DNA from: the human T2T-CHM13v2.0 reference genome, Homo sapiens
NCBI RefSeq assembly: GCF_009914755.1
Contig: NC_060938.1
Strand: one strand, 5' to 3'
Length of the DNA stretch: 64,000 bases
Positions 51,261 to 64,000 of this stretch are shown one piece after another. Every line of letters begins with the position of its first letter. Position 1 is the stretch's first letter. The notes beneath the pieces were generated by a model, which saw nothing but the letters and a program-made list of their open reading frames with translations, searched no databases and was not told the DNA's origin. A program made the position numbers and the translations under genes.

Positions 51261-52657
51261 ACTGCATGTAAAGACTGTATTCCTTCCCCTTAATTCCCTC
51301 TGCCCCTGGAAAAGTCAAAACACAGCAAGCTGGGAAAAAAGGAGAAATATTATAGGGTGGGAACGACAAGGCCCTTCCCATCCCAATACAACGGGACCTG
51401 ATGGGAAAAAAGAGAAAATGTAACATTTATGTTTTGATGGTTGGGAATTGGACATTCCAGTGTTTGAATTGAGACTGGTTTTGACCTAAAGTGATATTGG
51501 TACAGTCTGTTACCTAAATGTGAGCAAAAAATTAATGGAACCAGCCCTCTACCCAGGGGAAAAGGGATTTATTCCACTAAATAAATTTTAAAGGAGCAAT
51601 AGGGGACAAAAGTGAAGTTGCATTTTTATCATATCTCATGAGTCATGTTTGTTCAATACCCCAGTTACAAATGAAACATAAAGTTCAAAGAAGTCTGATG
51701 TCTGATCAGACTTTTGTATCTGAAAACAAAAAACAAAAAAGGAAAAAGAAAGCTTCTTTTGGTTTCAAACGCTTCAGTCACAAAAATCACATTGAAAATG
51801 ATTAGACTCCATAGCTGACTTTACTTCACAAATTACCCATATGTTCCAGCTCATGTTACAATTTCTTTTGGGAGCATTAAAATGATTTTTCAATTTTCTC
51901 ACTCAATTTCTTCTATCTCTCCTGAAAATAAGAGATGATATTGTATGATAAGAGCAAGTCTCTTTAAATTAGACCAACTTGACTTCTGCCTTGCAGTCAA
52001 AGAGAGATCAAATGTGTTTTTCCCCAAACCCCCCCAAACATGTGAAAAATTCATAAAGCAGTGCTTCTTACATTTTTAGAAACACAAAGGTTCGTTTTTA
52101 AATTCCTCTATTTTTAATCTTCTGTCACAGTGATAAGCTGTGAATTTTAATTTATCACTTTACCACTTCTTCAAAACAAGAAAAAAGCCAAGGAATTTAT
52201 TTCTGAAGGATAAACACAATACGGTTTCTGTTGTAATACGCATCTTTAAAATGTAGAACTGTAATTATTTCAAACAGTGCACCAAAATTAGCACTTACTG
52301 GTCAATAGATTTTGTTTCTCTTAATTTTTTTCTTTAAAGTAGAATTTCATGCAGAACTTACAAATACATGTAGCAAAGCACAAATGCTTTTAAATTATTT
52401 CAAGAGAATTAATCAATACAAGAAATTCTATTATCAACTGAAATTCTAAAAATAAAATTCAATTTTACAGTTATAAAACATAAATATTAGGTTTAGAGCA
52501 AATAATGAATACAATAGATTATGAACTCAGTGTGTTGAAGGATTTGCTGATGAAGTAAAATGTCATGAATAAACAAATACGAACTTTATGAGATGTGTCT
52601 ATCAAATCATGCTCTGTTTCTGAAATTACACAGAAGCATGAAATAGTTAGAAATTCT

Positions 52658-52732
52658 GAGTCCCTTACAGTTTCTTGATTGGGATATTTGACTCCCTCAA
52701 GAGTCCCTTACAGTTTCTTGATTGGGATATTT
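52658..52732 (+). repeat. Perfect 32-bp duplication with 11-nt junction insert
   Basis: 52658-52689 = 52701-52732; spacer gactccctcaa. Confidence 0.95.
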
Positions 52733-52870
52733 TTCTTAATTTTCCATCATCCTTACAGTGCAGAAGTGTTTTGGACGACATTTCACTGACTACTTAATGA
52801 GTGCCTCTTAATGTGCCAGATATTGTGCCAGGTGCTAAGAAACACAAAAATTAGTGCCTTCAGACTTACA

Positions 52871-53318
<448 letters not shown>

Positions 53319-53816
53319 GACTAGGGAAATTAAGGTTTTGTTTCAGCACTACCAAATCAGTACTTGACAATCCAGACATTGCCAGCTGAGCTTTGCCCCT
53401 GCCAACCCTCTACTGGTGCCCTCCCTTCATCTTTCTCCCATGTTTTATAAAAAATGTAGCCTATTTTTCCTGAGGCTTATCTCTTCCTCCTTTTGGAATA
53501 ACAGCTTTCTTTCATGAAATATATTTTCAAATAACTTCCATAAGTAATGATGTGTGGGAGGTAAAACTTTCTAAGTTCTTCCCGGTTTGACAGTACCTTT
53601 ATTCTGCCATCACATTTGATTGATACTTAATCTGAGTATAGAATTCTAGATTAAAAATGATTTTTCCTCAGAACTTGAAAACATTGCTCCATTGTCTTAC
53701 AGCACCCAGTATCACTAATGAGAAATCCAAGGTCAGCCTGATTCTCCTTCTTTTGTAGATAATTTGCTTAGTTTTCGTTTTCTGAAAGTATTTATGAATT
53801 TCTCTTCATTCTTGGT

Positions 53817-54209
53817 TGTATTTATTTGCTAGAGCTGCCATAACAAAATATCACAGACTGGGTGGTTTAAACAGCAGAAATTTATTTTCTCACAATTCTG
53901 GATGCCAGAGTGCAAGAGCAAGATGTCACCATGTTTACAGTTTCTCCTGAGGCCTCTCTCCTTGGCTTGCAGATAGCCACCTTCTCACTGTGTCCTCACA
54001 TGGTTATCTTTCTGTCTGCGTTGTCTGTGTCCTGATTTCCTCTTCTTTTAAGGACACCAGTCATATTGGATTAGGTCCCAACCCAGTGACCCTATTTTAA
54101 ATTAATTATGTCTTTAAAAGCCCTTTCTTCAAATACAGTCACATTCTGAGGTACTAGGAGTTAGGACTTCAACTTATGAAATTTAGGGGACACAGTTCAA
54201 CCCGTGACA
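53817..54209 (-). mobile_element. MLT1A-like solo LTR
   Basis: tgtatt...gctgccataacaaaatatcacagactgggtggtttaaacagcagaaa...cagttcaacccgtgaca; 5-bp TSD ttggt. Confidence 0.85.
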
Positions 54210-54403
54210 TTGGTATTTTGAAATCTCACAGTGATATCTCTGGGCATTAGCCATATTTTTCATTTATGTTGTTGGTCTCTCACTAGACTCTCTCAATATA
54301 AAGATTTGTGTCTTACAACTCTGGGAAATTCTCTCCTATTATCTATTTTAAAATTCTCCCTGTCTTTTTGTCTATCTCTTTCTGGAACTCATTAATCAGT
54401 AGT

Positions 54404-55421
<1,018 letters not shown>

Positions 55422-56503
55422 TAGCATCCTCTTCCTGTTTGATGGGAGTGTTATTTTTCCAAGTCTTCAGCAATACTAATTGTAGTGTGTTACATACTCA
55501 TTTTAAAAGTTTGTGCCTTGCTCTGTTTCCTCCAAAATATGTTGCTATTTATATGCCCTGGTTATTTTCTCTCAGTTTGCCAGCTTCCCATAAATTTCTA
55601 GTGATCCTTAGATACCCATAGTTATTTACGAGTGGGTCAAGAGAAAAGCTGGCTGTGAACACTGAGTGGCCAGAGAGTGTGAATATGGGGCGCCTTGATA
55701 ATTGCCTTAATTTTTCTCTAATGTGTTCAATTTCTATAAATAAGTAAGGAAGGAAAAAAGATCTCCTTGTGTTTTGCAGTATGTTGGGCAGGTCTCTCTA
55801 GTTCTGTGAGCAAATCTTTTCCCTCCTTGGCAGCAATTATTTTTATCTAATGTCTTGGTAGTGCTTCCTCATCTCTACTCACCAGGCAGTGTGGTCAATC
55901 TGCCTTCATTGAATTATCTTACCACTAATCGTTCCTCCTCTCCTATCCCTTTTGTTTTTGCGACTTGTAGGTTTTCTTCTCTCTTTCCTGTTACTTTAAT
56001 GGAGTCCCAGGAAGGACTCGAAACGAAATTCAACAATTTCACTTTAGGAAGAAAAAAAAAAAAGAACAATGAAATAATGTCTTGCTAAAGTGCCAGAAAA
56101 TCCTTAATAATCTTTACTTTATTTTGTTTATGCTGTTGTTGTTGAATTATATATTTGAAGTCAATCTATGGCAGTGAACATTTTGGGGATTACATATAGA
56201 TTTGGTACTGTAGAAGTTAACTGAAGTTCTTATCAAAGGAAAAACTAGGTAAATAGGAACTAGCTGAATTTTTAAAAATACTGATGTGGCTGCTGAAATG
56301 TGTTTTGCAGGTAGAAATATGAGTCACAGCAGTGAAAATATGAAAAAAAAAAAGTGTTGATTGTTATGAATGTTTCCACGAGGCATACTGAACCTAAGAG
56401 CATTTTTCTTTTTTTTCATTTGGCTTCCTCCTTGGATGATTTTCTAGGATTTCTGGTAGTAGGCTCATTCCACTTCAGCAAAACGTAGCAACTTCTTCTA
56501 AAT

Positions 56504-56726
56504 CAGTTTTCTCAACCAGAGAGTGCATCAGATCACCAGCGAAGCTCATTCAAAATAAACATCCCTGCCATAGCCCCCTCCCAAGGCTTATCAAACTTTC
56601 TCAGACGGGGCGCCAAGCAAGTGTACTTTGAAAAGGCTCCTAAAGGGATCAGGGTATTCTGTTTTTTATGTCACATCAAGCCCCCACCTCCTACACACCG
56701 TACACACACGTAACTACAAACCACTG
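56504..56726. mobile_element. MER5-like hAT MITE
   Basis: cagttttctcaacc...tgcatcagatcacc...aaaccactg termini. Confidence 0.5.
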
Positions 56727-56789
56727 TTCTAGAGGGCAGCTTTCTCCCAGTAGAATCATTGAATACATGCATTCTACATAAAACAGAAT

Positions 56790-57165
56790 AGGGTGATCAT
56801 TAAAAACTCAGGTTCTGGAGTCAAGTTGGGCTTGCACTCAGGATTTTGTATGTGTGACCTTGGCCAATTCACTCTAATTCTACTGGTAATAGTAGTAGAT
56901 ATAAGTAACACTGAGTGTTTCCTGTGTTCCAGGCAAAACACAGGAACACAGGAAATCCATGTTTGCTAAACACTAAACATGGATTAATTCATATAATTCT
57001 GCAACAAACCTATGAAGTAGGTGCTGGTCAAGGAAATTAAGGCTTAGAGAGGGAATAAGTAATTTTTAACTTGCTTAAAATTATATAGCCAATCAGCGAT
57101 GCAGCTGGAATAACACCTAGGTCATCTAACTCTAAAGACTATGCACTTGGCCACTTCATTGTATT
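56790..57165. mobile_element. MIR fragments (both orientations)
   Basis: ttctggagtca...tgtgaccttggc; aacaaacctatgaagtagg...aaggcttagagagg. Confidence 0.6.
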
Positions 57166-57859
57166 GTCTCTGACAAATAGAAAGAGAAAGAGAAAAATCT
57201 ACAAAAAAAAAAAAAAAAAAAAAAACAGGAATTAATGAATCTAAGATAGAAATAATTCAAAATGAAAATCTGTGAATGGTATTAGCCTGAGAATGTGCTT
57301 GAACCTAGCAACCAACTGAAAAACAGGAATGGGGATAATGTTCCAAGGAAGACTACAGGGTGGCAGCCCGTAAAAGCATTGTGTAGATTCAAAAGGAATT
57401 CCCATTGATCAGCTTTTCCCCAACGACCAACTTGATAGATGAAGAATGACAGATGTGATGTCATTGTCACATCTGACCTTTTAATAAACTTCTCCTGAAA
57501 GCACCGAATGGAAGCCTCAGTATAACAGCTGTTCAGCAGGAATGGAAAGTTTCAGGTTCAAAACTGGAACAGGAAGACACAGGGCTCCAGAAGGAAAGTT
57601 TCCAGAGGGGATGAAACAAAGGGGACTAACAAAACATCATATTTTGGAGAATTTTGGGGGAAGATTGAGACAAAAAATATAGACTAATTTTGAAGACATA
57701 CACAAAAGAAAGATCTTCTTGGCTTTGTTGTGAACAATATTTATTCAATTATAATTGTGTGAATACTATGATGGCTTTCAGCTTTTTAAATCAACCTATA
57801 GACTAATCATAGAAGACCTAATTGTTGTTGCAAAAGAGAATATAACTATTATTATGTAA

Positions 57860-58315
57860 TTTAGATTTGGTTTAACTGTGAAACCAAATAACTTTGGCTT
57901 AGACATGACAGAAGCCTATTGTCCTTTGATGTGAACAGAGTCTGCAGTAAGTGGTCTGGAGCTGGTGTAGTGCCTCTCATCCAGAGGCATCTAGGCTGCT
58001 TCCTGACAAGATGTCCACCTCAGGACCCACGATGGCTGCTCAAGCACTAACTAAAATATCCACATTCCAGACAGCAGGAAAGAGGAAGATATGGTGAAAA
58101 ATGTGTCCTCTCCCTTTAAGGGACATTTTCTGGAATTTGTACTCAACACTTTGTTTACATCCTATTGGCCAACCACACAGCCAGGTACAGTCACAGAGAC
58201 ATTGGGAAAGGTAGGTTCTATTCTGGGAAACTATATGTCCAACTAAAACCGAGATTCTATTACTAAGGAAGAAGGAGGAATGAATGTTGAGTGACAACAA
58301 TCAGTCTTTGCCACA
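57860..58315 (-). mobile_element. MLT1J-like LTR
   Basis: gatggctgctcaagc...cacattccagacagcagg; cagtctttgccaca end. Confidence 0.6.
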
Positions 58316-60111
58316 ATTAACATCCTTGACAATGTAAAATAATAGCAGAAACAGAAGATGAAAATAAGGAAGAGAGCTAAAGAAAAGAGTATAAGTCATT
58401 ACAAAACAAGGAGTTAAGAAACACTATGTTTACAAAAAAAAATAAAGTGCAAGTAAGAAATTTAAAATACCGTAGTGATATAGCTATTTGGCAGAGACAA
58501 TGGTGGGGAATTAGTACAAGGAAAGTTTAATTATAACTGTTTTGTTCGCTCTGGAAACAGATCTAGGGAGAGAAGAGAAGGGGTAGGAAAGGGAGTATAA
58601 AATAAAGATAAAGAGATACAATGAGATTCAACTTACTGAGAGAAAAAAATCCATGTATATAAAATATAAAGGATCAGAAATTAAGAGAGAAATTTTCATT
58701 TAAGGGTACAGGGAATGTCACTGGTTTCTGACTTAGAGACTTGTGGATTTATTCCGTTTATGAAACCCTCTCCACTCACCAAAAAAAAAATTAATCCATC
58801 CATGGTTCATATTCATGGAAGAAGTAATAATGATATATATTAAGAAATAAAAATTGAAGTTGAATTTTACATAGAAAAGATGTGGTACATTTTACCTCCA
58901 AATTCCTTAAAACTGCCAAAAGTCCCTTTCAGAATCTCCTCAAGCTTCTTTATCTATCACTTCATCTTCTAGTCAAACCCGCTTTTCCACAGGCAATACT
59001 ATTTGGAAAAAATTTAAACTACTTTTTTCCTTTTACATATCTACTTCATTTTTCATTATTAAAAAGTCAGAAGAGTATTGTCTCCATTTAACACATTTTA
59101 TGTTTATGTACACTCTATGATACTTAAAAAGCGATGTCACAATGTTGTCTTGTATTTTATTTAATATGTTTGGAATTTCAGCTGCGTTACAGGTTAATGC
59201 AGTTTGGGAATGTAACTATCATTTACACTACAGTTTTTCTATGAGAAAATATATTTTTGGTGCCAAACAACTGACTGATGAATACTTTTGAAACACAAAC
59301 CTATACTAGAGAGACTAGTTTAACTCTTTAATTCATCCAACCAATGAAATTCCAGGTTACAAAAGCACCTGAAAAGTTGATGTCATGGTAATAAAAGTGT
59401 GAACTGATAAATAAGATAAAAACTAACACCAGATGTGACTGTTTTATTGGATTACTTTGACATACATATATTCCTAAGAAAAATAGCATATATTTCTGGA
59501 GCAATGCCATGTCTGAAATCCTTCAGTTTTGTGTAACATCAGCAGAATAGAGCCTAATGTCAGCAGTGTTTTCTTGGGCTGGTCATATCTCATGGAGGGA
59601 GGATGTCAGCTTGCCAAAGAGAATATTACATGCCAAGCACTGAAATATAATCTACTGAATCTTGTCATTGAACAGTATGGAACAACATTCAGCCATGAGA
59701 GGTGGTGACAAAAAGAAGTTATCAATCTCATGGGTGATTTCACAAAGTTTATCTATTATGAAAGATTGGGTTTCTGTGGAAATAATTTAACAAATAGCTT
59801 TTGTACATCCAACAGACCTCTAAACTTTAAGCATTAATATTAAAATATGTGACAACAAGCATATACCCTATCACACTGAGTTTCAAAAAAAAAAAATTAA
59901 TTTTTTTTCCCAATTAAAATTAGCCTGTGTGACAGATGTCTCTAAACTGAGAAATTTTAGAAAGCCCAAGATTAGAGTAGCAAAGCTTTTAGTTGACTCT
60001 TGCCTTAGTAATGATTAAGTTTCTTTGTTCATGTAAAAGGTCAGACTTCTTTAGTAAATACAGACATGCAAATGTGTTTACTTGGGGAAAGGATTGGGAT
60101 TTGTCTTTATC

Positions 60112-60696
60112 TTTTTTGAGACAGGAACTTGCTCTGTCACCCAGGCGAAAGTGCAGTGGAGTGATTGTAGCTCACTGTAACCTCAAACTCCTGGGCTCAA
60201 GCAATCCTCCATCTCTGTCTCCTGAGTATGAGTAGCTGAGACTACAGGCACATGCCACCATGCCTGGCCAGTTTTTAAATTTTTTGTAGTCGCCGGGCAA
60301 GGTGGCTGGCTCACACCTGTAGTCCCAACACTTTAGAATGCCGAGGTGGGTGGATTGCTTGAGCCCAGGAGTTCAAGACCAGCAGCATGGCAAAATCCCT
60401 TCTCTACAAAAAATGCAAAAATTAGCCAAGCGTGGTGGCACCCGCTTGTAGTCCCAGCTACTGGGGAAGCTGAGGTGGGAGGACACTTGAGCCAAGGAAG
60501 TGGAGGTTGCAGTGAGCCGTGATAACACCACTGTACTCCAGCCTGGCTGACAGAGGCAGATCCTGTCTCAAATAAATAAATAAATTTTTTATAGAGCTAT
60601 ATTGCCCAGTCTGGCCTTGAACTCTTGACCTCAAAAGATCCTCCCGCCTCAGCTTTCCAAAGTGTTGGGATTACTGTGAGCCACTCTGCCCAGCCA
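60112..60696 (-). mobile_element. AluJ split at its central A-rich linker by a second Alu
   Basis: Right arm 60112-60275, left arm ~60595-60696. Confidence 0.8.
60291..60580 (+). mobile_element. Alu (J/S) nested in inverted orientation within AluJ
   Basis: TSD taaatttttt(g/a)tag at 60276-60289 and 60581-60594. Confidence 0.85.
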
Positions 60697-60967
60697 GAAG
60701 GATTTTTATCCAACTGCAAAGGACTAAAGAGAATTTCCACAAACAACTCTCCTCAGGAAAATTTTGTTATTCTTTGTTTCTTTTCATTATATGTACTTTG
60801 TTCAACTATAATCAACAGGAAGAAGTCTGCCCTTCAGAACAGCTAGGTTTATTCAGAATTGCTGACTTCAGAATATTTCATGTTATCCCATGATTATTAG
60901 AACCAAACATTTTAAGGAATAAGTTTATTCTGTAGAATTCTCTGAACTTGGACTGTTTCTCTTTGAC

Positions 60968-61005
60968 ATATTTATCTACAGTTTAGATATTTATCTACAG
61001 TTTAG
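60968..61005 (+). repeat. Perfect 19-bp tandem duplication
   Basis: atatttatctacagtttag x2. Confidence 0.95.
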
Positions 61006-61210
61006 AATTGTTCTGACTCTATTGGGTAAAATTGCTCTCAAAAGAAACATGGTCCTTGAAGAGACTTAAATGTTTGTGTTACACCTCATTCATGCTTTTT
61101 TACTTTTTCCTTATTTCTACTTTGCAATTTACAGATCGTATGTGAGGTCACAGTAAGCCCAATATTGTGTATGTACAGTCTATTCTATAAGAAATCAAAA
61201 CTGTCTTGTG

Positions 61211-61572
<362 letters not shown>

Positions 61573-62002
61573 TGACATACTTTAAATATTTAGTATACAG
61601 TTGGTGAATGATCTCTCAGGTTTCAATGAGAAAATCTACCTCTGAAAAGCATCTCCCTCAGCTTCCTCTCTTAAGTTTTAGAGTTGCTGTTGTCTACTTC
61701 TCAGTTTCTCATTCTTACTTTAATCAGTCTTGCTGTAAGTTGATCTGACATACGTTTGTAATGATATACTTTATGCAAACAACTCCTCTATCTACTCCAG
61801 CAACCACATCTTTCCTGAACTCTAGTACCATAAAACTGCCTATTGGGTTGCCTGCCTCAATGTCCCAGAGATTCATAACTAAACTTATATCTTTCCCTTA
61901 CATTTTATACCCTCTGCTGTGAGCCTTATATCAGTAAATGACACTCCCATCACCTGAGCTAGAAACCAGATCTAGAAAAGTTATCTTAGAGAATAACTTC
62001 CA

Positions 62003-64000
62003 GGAGGCAGGGCAAGATGGTAGAATAGAAGTTTCCACCAATCATCTACTCTGCAAGGACATCAATTTAACAACTATCTATACAAAAAAAAGCACCTTCA
62101 TAAGAACCAAAAATCAGGTGAGCTCTCACAGTAGCTAGTTTCAGCTTCATATAGCTGAAAGAGACACTGAAGATGTAAAAAAAAAAAATCTTGAATTGCG
62201 GACGTCACCCCTCTCCCATCCCCCCTGCAGCTGTGGCCTGGTGTGGAGAGCAATTTGTGTGCAGGGGAGAAGTTGAGCACAGCCATGGTGAAGCATTGAA
62301 CTCAGTGCTGCCCTGTTATACAGCAGAAAGCAAAACTGGACCAAACTCAACTGATGCTTCCCAATGGAGGGACATTTAAACCATCCCTAGTCAGAGGAGA
62401 ATCACCGATCCCAGCAGTCTAACTTCAGTTCCCGCAAGCCTCACCACCATGGGCTAAAGTGCTCTGAGACCTTAAACAAACTTGAATGGCAGTCTAGGCC
62501 ATGAGAATAGCAATTCCTAGGTGAGTCCTGGTGATGAATTGGGCCCACAGCCATTGGATTGGGGTGAGGGGGGGCACACAACCTACTGAGACACTAGCTT
62601 GGGTGCCTAACAAGGGGCTGGCATCACCCCTCCCCTAACCCCAGGCTGCACAGCTCACGGTTCCTTTCTTCTACTTTAGGAGAGCAAAGAGTAGGGAGTA
62701 CTTTGTCTTGCAAAGCCCACAGCTCAGCCACAGCAGAATAGGGCACCGGTCAGAGTTGTAAGGTCTCCTTTCCAGGCCCTAGCTCCCAGACAACGTTTCT
62801 AGACACACTCTGGGCCAGAAGGAAACCTGCTACCTTGAAGGAAAGGACTCAATCATAGAAGGGTTCATCACCGCTAACTGAAGAGCGCTGGGCCCTGAAT
62901 AACCAGCAGTCGTACCCAGATAGAATATCATGGGCCTTGGGTGAGCCTCTGAGATTTGCTGGCTTCAGGTGAGACTCAGCTGTGGTGGTTATAGCGTGAG
63001 ACTCCTTCTGCTTAAGAAAAGCAGAGAGAAAAGTAATGGGGACTTTGTCTTGCACCTTAAGTACCAGCTCAGCCATGATAGGGTGGAGCACCAAGCAGGC
63101 TCTTATGGCTCCTGATTCTAGGCCTTGAATCTTGGATGGCATTTCTGAACGTGCCTTGTGCCAGAAGGGAGCCCACTGACCTTAAGGGTGAGTCCTAGGC
63201 CAGGCAGCATTCACAGCAGTCTGACTGAAGAGTCGGTAGGCCTTAAAGGAATATCCACAGTAGTCTGGCAGTACTCCCCACAGGGCTGTGGTGGTGGTGT
63301 CCATGAGGTAAGGCTCTTCTGCCAGAGTGAGGACTGTGTATTGTGGCCTGGGTGCCAGTTCAGCCACAATACAGTAAAAGACCAGGTAAACTGTTAAGGT
63401 TTTTTACTCTAGCACCTGGCTCCCAGATGGCACATATGGACCTGCCTGGGGGGAACTCACCTTCCCTGAGGGGAAAGGACACAAGCCTAGTTGGCTTTGC
63501 TACTTGTTGATTGTGTAGCCCCAGGGCCTTGAGCAAACATACTGGTAGCTAGGGAGTAGTTACAGCAGGCCTTGGGCAAGACCCAGTGCTGTGCTGGCTT
63601 CAGGTCTGACCCAGCGCAGTCCTAGTGGTGGTGGCCACAGGGGTGCTTGTGTCACTCCATTTCCAGCTTCAGGTGGCTCAGAATAGAGAGAGAGACTTTG
63701 GGAGAAAGCAAAGGAAGAAAGCAAGAGTCTCTGCCTGGTAATGCAGAGAACTCTTCTGGATCTTGTCCACACCATCAAGGCAATACCTCTACGAGTCTTA
63801 GGTCACAGCTTAGATGAGAACACTAGTCCTTTTGAATTTCTGGAAAGTCTTCCCAAGGATGAGTACAAACAAGCCCTGGCAGCGAAGACTACCATAAATA
63901 CCTAACTCTTCAATGCCCAGAGACTGAACACATCTACTAGCATCAATACCATCCAGGAAAACATGATCTCACCAAATGAACTAAATTAGGAGCCAGTGAT
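62003..64000 (+). mobile_element. Long 5'UTR of an old L1 (L1M1/L1MA-type 5' end) running into ORF1 at the window end
   Basis: ggcaagatggtagaatagaag...aagcaccttcataagaaccaaaaatcaggtgag start; caggaaaacatgatctcaccaaatgaactaaat ORF1-start motif. Confidence 0.7.

Noticed and set aside
62690-63200. Repeated modules (ctttgtcttgca...agctcagcca)
   Set aside because: Internal repeats are a normal feature of old L1 5'UTRs

Overview
Repeat-dense, AT-rich human genomic DNA (intergenic or deep intronic). I find no host protein-coding exon, RNA gene or CRISPR array. The centrepiece is a full-length (~6.06 kb) minus-strand L1HS of the pre-Ta (ACG/G) type at 22934-28995, flanked by a 12-bp TSD. Its 5'UTR, YY1 site and antisense ORF0 are intact. 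ORF1 is open but carries R262S in the essential RR261-262 motif, and ORF2 is broken by one nonsense change (W1011*) that completes a local palindrome. The window also holds three older L1PA copies (one with a twin-priming 5' inversion), several L1M fragments, about 12 Alus, MaLR LTR elements (THE1B, MST, MLT1), hAT MITEs (MER1A, MER45B, MER53, MER91, MER5), and L2 and MIR relics. Unusual items: (i) a 33-nt stem-loop plus poly(A) insert with a TSD at 9100-9149, apparently a retroposed RNA of unknown source; (ii) a perfect 30-bp inverted repeat inside an ancient LTR; (iii) a 67-bp, 94%-identical copy 1.8 kb from its LTR source; (iv) several templated-insertion scars; (v) a THE1B/MLT1 tail-to-tail fusion. 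None of this amounts to a demonstrably new biological system. Subfamily names come from recalled diagnostic motifs and need RepeatMasker/Dfam confirmation.
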